From Candidatus Sulfotelmatobacter sp. (GTDB lineage Bacteria; Patescibacteriota; Microgenomatia; Levybacterales; UBA12049): a stretch of DNA of 59,690 nucleotides. The position numbers and the translations under genes were made by a program. The DNA lies in NCBI GenBank assembly GCA_035568375.1, contig DATMOG010000096.1, forward strand, positions 1 to 59,690, in the 5' to 3' direction. Shown piece after piece: positions 17,414 through 25,327 of the stretch (the stretch's first letter is position 1; every line of letters begins with the position of its first letter). The notes beneath the pieces are model-generated. The model was not told where the DNA came from. It saw only the letters and a program-made list of their open reading frames with translations, and searched no databases.

Positions 17414-17422
17414 TGTTAAAAT
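17414..17422 (+). promoter_or_regulatory. extended -10 TGTTAAAAT upstream of the TrmB-like gene
   Basis: Contains the in-frame TAA that closes the reading frame upstream. 76 nt before the first ATG. Confidence 0.4.
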
Positions 17423-17497
17423 CTCATCAGTATAGCTAATTTATTACAAAAATCATTACCACCGCAAAGTCTTTCTATATATTCTTTATTAGAAAAT

Positions 17498-18157
17498 ATG
17501 GGAAGATTGTCAGCAAAAGAGATAGGAGCGAAATTAAATATTCTCCCCCATGCAGTCTATAGAGCAATTAAACCTTTGGAGGAGTTAGGCATTGTATTGA
17601 AACTAGCGACTTACCCGACTATCTTTGAAGCTCAATCTATACAAGATTCAGCTGATTTACTTTCATTAGAAGTTAAGGAAAATTTTCAAGAAATATTTTC
17701 AGGGAAGAATCAAGGGTTTAGTAGCCCACAATTATTAAAACTGTCTTTTATAAAAAATAGAAGTGATTTATTAGAAAAAACAAGTAAAGATATACAAAAT
17801 GCGAAAGAAAGTATTGATTTTATTGTTTCTGGTCTTGAGATACCAGCAGAATCTGTGCTCTCTTTTAAACAAGCGTTTGAAAATGGAGTAGCTATAAGAG
17901 CAGTTATTCAAGACTGTTCTGAAGCAACTGAAGGACTACTGAGAACATGGGATAAATTAGGAGTTATGGTCCGTTATTATCCCAATATGGAAGCACGCAT
18001 TTTTATTATTGATAACGAAATTGTATATTTTACTTCATATAATCCCGAAGAAAAAGTTAGTGGTATAGGAGTGCGGTTTCATTATGCGCCATATGCAAAA
18101 CTTATGAATGAACTTTTCGAACAGAGATGGAAATTATCTTCGCCGATTTTGTTTTAA
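17498..18157 (+). CDS. TrmB-family transcriptional regulator-like protein (start uncertain)
   Basis: LSAKEIGAKLNILPHAVYRAIKPLEELGIV is a TrmB-type winged HTH. Similarity to the family continues upstream of the first ATG (see findings). Confidence 0.6.
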   Translation: MGRLSAKEIGAKLNILPHAVYRAIKPLEELGIVLKLATYPTIFEAQSIQDSADLLSLEVKENFQEIFSGKNQGFSSPQLLKLSFIKNRSDLLEKTSKDIQNAKESIDFIVSGLEIPAESVLSFKQAFENGVAIRAVIQDCSEATEGLLRTWDKLGVMVRYYPNMEARIFIIDNEIVYFTSYNPEEKVSGIGVRFHYAPYAKLMNELFEQRWKLSSPILF

Positions 18158-18183
18158 CTAAATTTGAAGAGATAATTCTGTAT

Positions 18184-18290
18184 GTAAAAAATTCCTACAA
18201 CGTCCAGGATGGCCAGTTGCGTTTTTAACCACAAATTAGACCAGAAATATTAATTCATTTCTTATAAACACTATCTTGGATTCAAAGTGC
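18184..18290 (+). repeat. intergenic module copy I
   Basis: GTAAAAAATTCCTACAACGTCCAGGATGGCCAGTTGCGTTTTTAACCACAAATTAGACCAGAAAT .. ATCTTGGATTCAAAG (right-arm remnant). Confidence 0.75.
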
Positions 18291-18386
18291 AAGTTTGCTT
18301 CGTTCTTGCCTGAAATGAGATTTATTTACGTAGTTATTCATAAACTAATCTAAGTTTGAAATTCGAGTTTCTTTTGAAGGATCTAG

Positions 18387-19043
18387 TTATATTTTATTTA
18401 AAAGTTTATAGCCAATTATAGCCCACACTTCTCTGACAGAATCCCTATTAGTGAAATTATTTTTATCTTGTTCCCAGCAGGGGCTTTTTATATCCGCAGA
18501 CAAAGAGTATTTGTACTGTAATTTTGAAGCGACAAGTCCAGCACGAGCATTATGGTATGGATCTGTAACTATAATAATTGAATTAAAATGGGCTTCAGTA
18601 AGTATTTTTTGAGAGAATAAGAAGTTTTCGTATGTTGAGGTTGATTTATTTTCTAGTAAAATAGCCGATGTTGGAACACCAGCTTCAGTAGCGATTTTTT
18701 TCATGGCTTCGGCTTCATTTGCATAAACCTCTTTATCGTTTCCTCCTGACATAAGAATTTTTGAAGCGTAGTGGTTTTTGTAAAGAGAAACTGCGTGATC
18801 TACTCGGGCAACTAGACAAGGATTTAAACGAGGGTGTGCGACAAAGCCATGTTGGCATATAGGACCATAGCAAGAAATACCACCGTAGACGCTGCCACCC
18901 AGAACCATGATAATATCCGATTTTACTTTCGTATCTTGTCCAGTCTGATTTTTGACATACATTAATAATGAGAAAAATAGAAAGACAAGTAGAAGTAGGA
19001 TGAATGTAACAATTATCGAAAGTATAACGAAAAATTTCTTCAT
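18387..19043 (-). CDS. DUF218 (YdcF/ElyC/SanA-like) envelope protein
   Basis: VLGG, ARVDHAVSLYKNHYASKILMSGG, STSTYEN and IIIVTDPYHNARA. Start set to ATG 19043 (MKKFFVIL anchor), 4 nt after the upstream stop. Confidence 0.8.
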   Translation of the reverse strand: MKKFFVILSIIVTFILLLLVFLFFSLLMYVKNQTGQDTKVKSDIIMVLGGSVYGGISCYGPICQHGFVAHPRLNPCLVARVDHAVSLYKNHYASKILMSGGNDKEVYANEAEAMKKIATEAGVPTSAILLENKSTSTYENFLFSQKILTEAHFNSIIIVTDPYHNARAGLVASKLQYKYSLSADIKSPCWEQDKNNFTNRDSVREVWAIIGYKLLNKI

Positions 19044-19047
19044 AATT

Positions 19048-19458
19048 TTATTTACAGACCACAACAGTATTTGCAGTAAAGCTGCCATCGGAATTTGGTC
19101 CCCCGACTAGCGTTACGCTGTCTCCAGTTTTCAAATCGGATAGAGAACCGGAGCCGGTTGAGGTTTTGATCGTTTCCTGATCTGTAAGATGGATAATTTG
19201 ACTGCTGCTGTCGTCTTTTCGCTTCATAATAAATGTTTTGCTTCCAGTACTAACGATCTGTCCGTTGCCACCGGTGCCACCGCAAGGATCTCCATTTTGG
19301 GAAATTTCACCCTCTCCATTGCCAATGTGGTCAGTCTGAGCGTCACCTACACTATATCCGATACTCGCTTGCAGTTGAATCCTGTGATAAACCTTGTACC
19401 CAAAGAATGCAACCGCTGCAACAACAATAACTAAAATGGTTACATAAATTAGCTTCAT
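19048..19458 (-). CDS. exported Gly/Ser-rich protein, unknown function
   Basis: Signal anchor MKLIYVTILVIVVAAVAFF. A strong Shine-Dalgarno GGGAGGGTGAG (19464-19474, minus strand) is rare in this window. Confidence 0.6.
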   Translation of the reverse strand: MKLIYVTILVIVVAAVAFFGYKVYHRIQLQASIGYSVGDAQTDHIGNGEGEISQNGDPCGGTGGNGQIVSTGSKTFIMKRKDDSSSQIIHLTDQETIKTSTGSGSLSDLKTGDSVTLVGGPNSDGSFTANTVVVCK

Positions 19459-19553
19459 TATCTCTCACCCTCCCTAAAAAGATGAAGGATTATGCATACT
19501 GTATTTAGCAGAAATGTTGTAGTAAACATATGCAAGATTATATCAGTAATGCA

Positions 19554-19629
19554 TATAAAAAGTTTGTACTGTACATGTGTAGTCCAACAGAGTCAGCTAA
19601 GTGCTTAGCCACAACTTAGCCTCAAAAAG
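19554..19629 (+). repeat. intergenic module copy J (variant left arm)
   Basis: TATAAAAAGTTTGTACTGTACATGTGTAGTCCAACAGAGTCAGCTAAGTGCTTAGCCACAACTTAGCCTCAAAAAG. Confidence 0.6.
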
Positions 19630-19677
19630 TTCTTTTATTCTTACAAACAGGAGATTGTGATGAATTGTTTTCTCAAG

Positions 19678-19686
19678 TGTTATACT
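19678..19686 (+). promoter_or_regulatory. extended -10 TGTTATACT, 6 nt upstream of ATG 19693
   Basis: Lies inside the longer ORF-track call (19657). Confidence 0.55.
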
Positions 19687-19692
19687 TATAAT

Positions 19693-20382
19693 ATGTCATT
19701 GAAAATTCTCTCTTGGAATATCTGGTTTGATAGTAATTTAAATAATGTTAATACTTTTTTAGAGAACATTAATGCAGACATTATTGGATTGCAAGAAGTC
19801 ATGCGAAAAGATAATAAGATACAACTTTCAGATTCTCTATTCAAAGAATATCAGTTTGTCTATGCTCCAGCTTTTCAAATAACAAAAAATGGTAAAACAG
19901 TTGATGTTGGCAACGCTATTCTGAGTAGGTATCCTATACTTGAATATAAAATTCATAATCTATCTCAAACAGATAATCGTATTGCTATAGAAGCAACTAT
20001 AAAAGTTAATAATAAAATTTTGCAAGTTGTTTGCACTCATCTTGTACACACTCATCAACAGGCTTCTCAAATACAAGATATACAGGCAGAAAATTTAGTT
20101 AAAATTCTTTCAGAAACAAATTCAATTCTGGTGGGTGACTTTAATGCGTTGCCAGAAAGTAATGCAGTGAAAACAATAAGCAAAATATTAAGGAACACAG
20201 ATAGTAAACTCCTCCCAACTTGGAGTGTTTATCCTGAAGGTTGTAATAGCTGTTTACCACTAAAAATAATTTATAAATTAGACAATATCTTTGTTAGTAA
20301 AAATTTGAAGACAAGTTCATATCAGGTAGAAGCCTCAGATGCTTCAGATCATTTGCCTATTTCAATAATTATTGAAATATGA
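19693..20382 (+). CDS. endonuclease/exonuclease/phosphatase (EEP) family protein
   Basis: ILSWNIW, GLQEV, GDFNA and SDHLPI motifs. Start moved to ATG 19693, 6 nt after TGTTATACT. Confidence 0.8.
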   Translation: MSLKILSWNIWFDSNLNNVNTFLENINADIIGLQEVMRKDNKIQLSDSLFKEYQFVYAPAFQITKNGKTVDVGNAILSRYPILEYKIHNLSQTDNRIAIEATIKVNNKILQVVCTHLVHTHQQASQIQDIQAENLVKILSETNSILVGDFNALPESNAVKTISKILRNTDSKLLPTWSVYPEGCNSCLPLKIIYKLDNIFVSKNLKTSSYQVEASDASDHLPISIIIEI

Positions 20383-20391
20383 GTTATTGCT

Positions 20392-20410
20392 GTAAAAAGT
20401 TTGTATCTAT
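20392..20410 (+). repeat. intergenic module copy K (truncated next to the transposase remnant)
   Basis: GTAAAAAGTTTGTATCTAT matches only the first ~18 nt of copy J. Confidence 0.4.
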
Positions 20411-20492
20411 TTTTTCTCTTTTGCTAGTTTATTTTTCTTCCTCATCTGTATTCCAGCCTTTGCTTTCAGTTCTTTGGCAATAAATAGCCTTG

Positions 20493-21010
20493 TTACGAAA
20501 TAGCATGATGACAATGATGTGAGAAATACTTTTTATTCCACAGGAGATCATTTATGGAGAGATGGTAATTCCACAGACCTGCTGATAAGAGGATCATTTT
20601 GCTATCTATGAAGGGTTTGTGATTGCGAAGCTTTTCACTCATACACCGATACCTCTTGATGCCACCAATAGCATGTTCAAACCAATCCCCTGTAGTTGAG
20701 ACAAGTTTGTTTATCTCCTTATCTTCATACATTAATGGATTCTTTTCTGACTTTTTCTTTTGAATCAATATATTTTTATGTACTTTCGCTTCTCCAATAA
20801 ATCCGGCATGGGTTTGCTCTCAAAATCTTTTAGTCATCTTCTGATAGTCCGTTCATTCCTCAATAATACTCCTACAATATCTATGCATATTATTCCACGA
20901 TCACGCATCAGCATTGCTTGCGCTTTCAACCGTATGAGAATTAATGGTGAAGCTTTGAAGTATCCATGAAGTATTTGTTTTTCTTTTTCTGACAAAATTC
21001 TTTTGATCAC
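20493..21010 (-). pseudogene. decayed transposase (HTH N-terminus + DDE-type C-terminal tail, core deleted)
   Basis: 21010-20834 encodes VIKRILSEKEKQILHGYFKASPLILIRLKAQAMLMRDRGIICIDIVGVLLRNERTIRR. An in-frame TGA then falls where transposase HTH domains have Trp. After a frameshift, 20768-20493 encodes ..GDWFEHAIGGIKRYRCMSEKLRNHKPF..LLSAGLWNYHL, a transposase C-terminal pattern. Confidence 0.6.
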
Positions 21011-21061
21011 TATCTTAGTGTATCAAAACCGGACATTTTGTTTTTCAATCGCTATATGCTA

Positions 21062-21164
21062 ATAAAAACTTTGGGACAAGTCTAATATTTCCGCTAATAG
21101 TTGTCAAGAAATTCAGTTACATCAAAGTTACTGATATTAATATCAGTTCGAAAAATGGTAATAT
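21062..21164 (+). repeat. intergenic module copy M
   Basis: ATAAAAACTTTGGGACAAGTCTAATATTTCCGCTAATAG .. ATCAGTTCGAAAAATGGTAATAT. Left and right arms are recognisable, but the central TTAGCC units are missing. Confidence 0.5.
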
Positions 21165-21352
21165 CCGTAACTTATGGTTATAGATAAAAGGGGAAAATTC
21201 TATACCTCGAATGTATACTGTTATATATTTGGAGAGTATTGGATTTGTGAAGTTAAAGCGGTTTTAATATCTTTCAGGCTCTGCAGTAAATTGACCTATG
21301 CCAATATATCTTATTGACAGAGGATTGTCTACTTGAAATACTTATAAGAGAT

Positions 21353-22327
21353 ATGTTTAAGATTGAAAAATTAGCGTTAAACGATATAAAAATATTTATT
21401 CAAGATATAATTCATCATTTTGTGTACACAGTAGTAATTGTAGGTATCTCTTCTATAATTATGTATTTTCTATTAGTAAATGTGGTTAAACAACAAGTCG
21501 CATCAATTTTAACTCTTCCTCCAACTAAAACAAGTAGAGTCATTGTTGTGCCAGAGACAAAGGTAAATGGAGATAATTATGGAGATTCCTATGTTGAACG
21601 TGGTAGTCCTTACGACAATCGGACTATAGGATCAAATAGCGCAGATGTTATTTTTCATGGGGCAAGAAATAAAAAAAGAATTGCTTTAACCTTTGATGCA
21701 GAAATGACAGACACGATGAAGGCAAATTTACTTACAGGAAGAGTCAAAAGTTCATATGATAAAAGGATTATTGATACATTGATTGCAACAAATACAAAAG
21801 CCACACTATTTTTAACAGGTATGTGGATTGAACTTTATCCTGAGGTCACTCAGCAATTATCTCAAAATTATTTATTTGAGCTTGCTAGTCACTCTTATAC
21901 GGACAGCTCCTATTCTGGTTTCTGTTATGGTTTAGGACAACTACCCAATACATTAAAAATTGAGGATATTGGTGCTACAGAGAAATTATTAAGAGAACAT
22001 GCTGGAATTGATAACCGTCTTTTTCGTTTCCCTGGAGGATGTTATACTCCAGATGATGTTAAATTAGTAAATCAAGCTAATGATATTGTTGTCCATTGGG
22101 ATGTGATTGGAGCTGATGGTTTTAATACCAATACAAATCAAATTATTCATAATGTTGTTGATAACACACAAAATGGTTCGATTATTATTCTCCATTTAAA
22201 TGGTAAACCGACTGCCCCCGAAACCGCTAATGCGCTTCCTGAGATAATTAAGCAACTAAAGGCAAAAGGGTTTGAATTTGTAAAAATTAATGAATTACTT
22301 AATTTACCTCAAGAATCAAAGGGATAA
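21353..22327 (+). CDS. polysaccharide deacetylase (CE4/NodB homology)
   Basis: ALTFDAEMTD, LFLTGMW, ELASHSYTD, FRFPGGCY and IILHLNG. Paralog of 39124-40077. The track start is TTG 21314; ATG 21353 was chosen. Confidence 0.8.
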   Translation: MFKIEKLALNDIKIFIQDIIHHFVYTVVIVGISSIIMYFLLVNVVKQQVASILTLPPTKTSRVIVVPETKVNGDNYGDSYVERGSPYDNRTIGSNSADVIFHGARNKKRIALTFDAEMTDTMKANLLTGRVKSSYDKRIIDTLIATNTKATLFLTGMWIELYPEVTQQLSQNYLFELASHSYTDSSYSGFCYGLGQLPNTLKIEDIGATEKLLREHAGIDNRLFRFPGGCYTPDDVKLVNQANDIVVHWDVIGADGFNTNTNQIIHNVVDNTQNGSIIILHLNGKPTAPETANALPEIIKQLKAKGFEFVKINELLNLPQESKG

Positions 22328-22610
22328 TATTTTTATATTAATACATTAGCCTAATTACTAATTACGAGATTTTATGCTACTTTTGAAACGTTTTTTGATT
22401 CGCTAAGGGTGATTCTAGCTCATGGGATGTCATAAAAAAATGAAGTAATCTTTTGATTATATGCGCGTTTGGCTACTTAATTTTTATAACAATTTTTCCA
22501 CTAGGGGCTTTTCAAGTGTATAAATTAGTAAAGATGTTATTTCTTCTCAATTTAAAATTTCTAATAAGTTCAAGAAAACCATTTGTAATTGTCAAATAAA
22601 TCATGATTTT

Positions 22611-22619
22611 TGCTATACT
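22611..22619 (+). promoter_or_regulatory. extended -10 TGCTATACT, 6 nt upstream of ATG 22626
   Basis: Read directly from the sequence. Confidence 0.6.
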
Positions 22620-22625
22620 CAAAGC

Positions 22626-23801
22626 ATGGTTTTCAAAAAAGTGCCAGTCACTGTTTTTATACTCGGTTTAGTAAGTTTTTTTAATGATCTTGCCTCCGAA
22701 ATGATTTATCCTATTGTCCCACTTTTTCTTACGACTGTGCTTCATACATCAATACCCATAATAGGTTTTATCGAAGGTATAGCTGAAGCAATTGCAAGCA
22801 TAACAAAATATTTTTTCGGAACATATTCTGACTTTCTTAAAAAAAGAAAAATTTTTATTACTTTTGGCTATTCATTTGGAGCAATATCAAAATTGCTTAT
22901 TGGTCTCGCATATGTCTGGCCTTTGGTGCTTTTTGCCAGAGTAATAGATAGGCTTGGAAAGGGTCTTCGTACTGCGCCTCGAGATAGTCTATTGCTTGAA
23001 AATACGACACAAGAAAACAAGGGTTTTATTTTTGGTTTTCATAGAGCCTTTGATAGTCTAGGAGCTGTTTTTGGTCCACTTGCAGCACTTATTATTCTGA
23101 TTCTCTTTAAAAATAATCTTCGTCTTACTTTTTTTATAGCTTTTATCCCTGGTGTCATTGCAATTCTATTGCTGGTATTCCTTATAAAAGAAAAAAAGAA
23201 AATAAGGATGCAGAAGGAAAGAAGATTTGTCAAAATTGATTGGAAATTATTGCAGCCTCGATTAATACATTTTATACTCATCAGTTTTATTTTTGCGTTG
23301 GGAAATAGCTCTGATACTTTTTTGCTCCTGAATGCAAAAAAACTTGGGCTGAGTACTACACTTGTTGTATTAACTTATGTGTCATACAACTTATCTCAAA
23401 CAATTTTTGCTACTCCAGCCGGTTATTTAGCAGATAAATTGGGTGCCCGGAAAATTTTTACTGCTGGCCTTATTGTTTTTACTTTCGTATATTTATTATT
23501 TGGTGTTATAAAAAATCCTATTTGGCTTTGGGTACTTTTTCCTATTTATGGAATTTATGTCGCAGCTACTGATGGCGTATCAAAGGCATATATTGCGGAA
23601 TTTATTACTATAAGTGAATCAGGTACCTTTTTTGGAGCCTATTATACAATAACCGCTATTGGGACATTCTTTGCTTCAGTAATAGGAGGTATTCTTTGGA
23701 CTACAATTAACCCATCAGCAACGTTTATTTATGGGAGTATTATGGCATTTATTGCTTTTTGCTTGCTTATCATTTTTCAAAAGGAGTTTAAGTCACAATA
23801 A
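22626..23801 (+). CDS. MFS transporter (12 TM)
   Basis: Polytopic protein with the loop motif DRLGKGLRTAPRD between TM2 and TM3. TGCTATACT box 6 nt upstream of the ATG. Confidence 0.85.
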   Translation: MVFKKVPVTVFILGLVSFFNDLASEMIYPIVPLFLTTVLHTSIPIIGFIEGIAEAIASITKYFFGTYSDFLKKRKIFITFGYSFGAISKLLIGLAYVWPLVLFARVIDRLGKGLRTAPRDSLLLENTTQENKGFIFGFHRAFDSLGAVFGPLAALIILILFKNNLRLTFFIAFIPGVIAILLLVFLIKEKKKIRMQKERRFVKIDWKLLQPRLIHFILISFIFALGNSSDTFLLLNAKKLGLSTTLVVLTYVSYNLSQTIFATPAGYLADKLGARKIFTAGLIVFTFVYLLFGVIKNPIWLWVLFPIYGIYVAATDGVSKAYIAEFITISESGTFFGAYYTITAIGTFFASVIGGILWTTINPSATFIYGSIMAFIAFCLLIIFQKEFKSQ

Positions 23802-23891
23802 TCTATATCTTTAATGAAACAACTACAAATTATATTTTACTTTTATTATTCGATTGTGTACTTTTAATTTAAATATTGTACAATAAACTCC

Positions 23892-24872
23892 ATGGAAAAA
23901 ATGGGAAATAACATAAATGCGGCACAGTTACTTATGGAAAACTATGGTAAAGATACTCTTTCATATTTCGCTCTTCACGAGAAGAAAAAATTTTTCTTTT
24001 CTTCAACCGGACATTCATTCCTTTCGTATACAATTAGAGGGAAAATTGCTTTAGTCAGCGGTGATCCAATAGGGCCAATTACGGAAATTTCTCTCCTTTT
24101 GAAAGAGTTTGAATATTTTATTAGGGGTGCAAATCTTTCGAGTTGTTTTTTAGTAGTTAATAAAGAAACATTACAAAACCTTGTTGAATTAGGTCATAGA
24201 CAATTTCATATTGGCAGTGAGGCAATTATTACATTATCAAATTTCGAAAAAAGTTCGTTAAAAAAGAAAGTGCGACGTGCTGAAAGATATATTCTTAATC
24301 AGGGAATTGTTTGTAAAATTTATAAGCGAAAAGAGATTCCCTTAAAATATCTTAATCAACTAGATAGTGTTGCTAAGGAGTGGATTCAATACAAAGGTGG
24401 TAAAGAAAAACGGTTTACAATGACATTAGGTAGAATACCTTCGATTGTAGATCGTGATTGTGAAATTGTACTCGCGTTGCAAAGTGAAGAAGTGATCGGT
24501 TACCTTACTTTTGTTCCTGTATATGCATCAAAAAGTTTATCATTAGATGCTACGAGAAGGAAAAAAAATGCTCCAAATGGTCTTGTTGAATTTTTGTTAA
24601 TTCAATCATTAGAGCATTTTAAAAAGCAAGGAATTAATACTGTAAGTCTTAATTTTGCAACGTTTCATCATCAAAAGAAAGAAATGTCTGAAAAACCAGT
24701 TAAATTATTGATTTCGTTACTTTATATTATATTAAGTAGATTATACAAAACGAATAATATATATCATTTTAATAATAAATTTTTACCACATTGGCAAGAG
24801 AGATATGTGGCGTTTGAAAAGAAACGTTATTTGCCAAGCTATTTGTTAGCAATTGCAAAAGTAGAGCTTTAG
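23892..24872 (+). CDS. aminoacyl-phosphatidylglycerol synthase C-terminal-like domain protein (DUF2156)
   Basis: LSYFALHEKKKFFFSS..SFLSYTIRGKIALVSGDPIGP is the DUF2156/MprF synthase-domain pattern. No TM or flippase domain. Confidence 0.7.
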   Translation: MEKMGNNINAAQLLMENYGKDTLSYFALHEKKKFFFSSTGHSFLSYTIRGKIALVSGDPIGPITEISLLLKEFEYFIRGANLSSCFLVVNKETLQNLVELGHRQFHIGSEAIITLSNFEKSSLKKKVRRAERYILNQGIVCKIYKRKEIPLKYLNQLDSVAKEWIQYKGGKEKRFTMTLGRIPSIVDRDCEIVLALQSEEVIGYLTFVPVYASKSLSLDATRRKKNAPNGLVEFLLIQSLEHFKKQGINTVSLNFATFHHQKKEMSEKPVKLLISLLYIILSRLYKTNNIYHFNNKFLPHWQERYVAFEKKRYLPSYLLAIAKVEL

Positions 24873-24874
24873 TG

Positions 24875-24880
24875 TATAAT
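24875..24880 (+). promoter_or_regulatory. -10 TATAAT (TG immediately upstream), 6 nt before ATG 24887
   Basis: Starts 3 nt after the stop of the upstream gene. Confidence 0.45.
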
Positions 24881-24886
24881 ATATAT

Positions 24887-25006
24887 ATGGCAAAGCGAGA
24901 TACTGGACTAACAAATAAGCAAAAATCACATTCATATAAGACTAAAAAGAGACTTGAAATAAAGCGTGAGATGCTTGCAAAGAAAATTGCAAAACGTCAT
25001 AAATAA
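24887..25006 (+). CDS. very basic 39-aa protein, not in the ORF track
   Basis: MAKRDTGLTNKQKSHSYKTKKRLEIKREMLAKKIAKRHK. TATAAT at 24875-24880 lies exactly 6 nt upstream of the ATG, matching the leaderless pattern seen at many genes here. Confidence 0.4.
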   Translation: MAKRDTGLTNKQKSHSYKTKKRLEIKREMLAKKIAKRHK

Positions 25007-25169
25007 TTCCCCATTACTTCTCTATATTATCTTTTTTCTGAAATAGTTAATTTTATATTAATGACTGGTATAAAAATTTTTAGAATGAGAGGAGAAACCA
25101 GAAAATTTTGAAAGAAGGTAGAGTTCATATTATAATCTTAAATGATACACTTTATGATGTTTCAATTCA

Positions 25170-25246
25170 GAAGTTTAGTGTGCCAGTACATTTTTGATTG
25201 ATAATTGAATATAAGGTTTAGCCATACCACAAGATTTTTAGCTAAT
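25170..25246 (+). repeat. intergenic module, shortened copy N
   Basis: GAAGTTTAGTGTGCCAGTACATTTTT .. GGTTTAGCCATACCACAAGATTTTTAGCTAAT. Retains the ..TAGTGTGCCAGT and TTAGCC elements. Confidence 0.4.
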
Positions 25247-25327
25247 AAGATGCAATAATAACAGACATTGGTTATTGAAATTAAGATTTCAGATAAGTAT
25301 ACTAAATTTATTGTAGTATTTAACAAT

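Noticed and set aside
20834-20836. In-frame TGA at the expected Trp of the transposase HTH (RTIRR-TGA-LKDFE) as evidence for TGA recoding (code 4 or 25).
   Set aside because: TGA is used as a genuine stop for many well-supported genes here, including ATGA-coupled stops at 5465 and 5698. The conserved genes read through cleanly with code 11, and the same element also carries a frameshift and a large deletion. It is therefore a pseudogene lesion.
9448-21164. The repeat modules as canonical integron attC sites (a CALIN).
   Set aside because: The arm ends read 5'-GTTCC/GTTCG ... CGAAC-3'. They fit neither the R'' RYYYAAC nor the R' GTTRRRY core sites in either orientation. No intI-like gene or attI/Pc region is in the window, and housekeeping genes such as hflX lie between the repeats. 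The idea is kept only as an analogy in the findings.
9448-21164. The repeat modules as a CRISPR array.
   Set aside because: Repeats are 50-120 bp, imperfect and spaced 0.5-1.6 kb apart, with complete protein-coding genes between them. There are no short uniform spacers and no cas genes.
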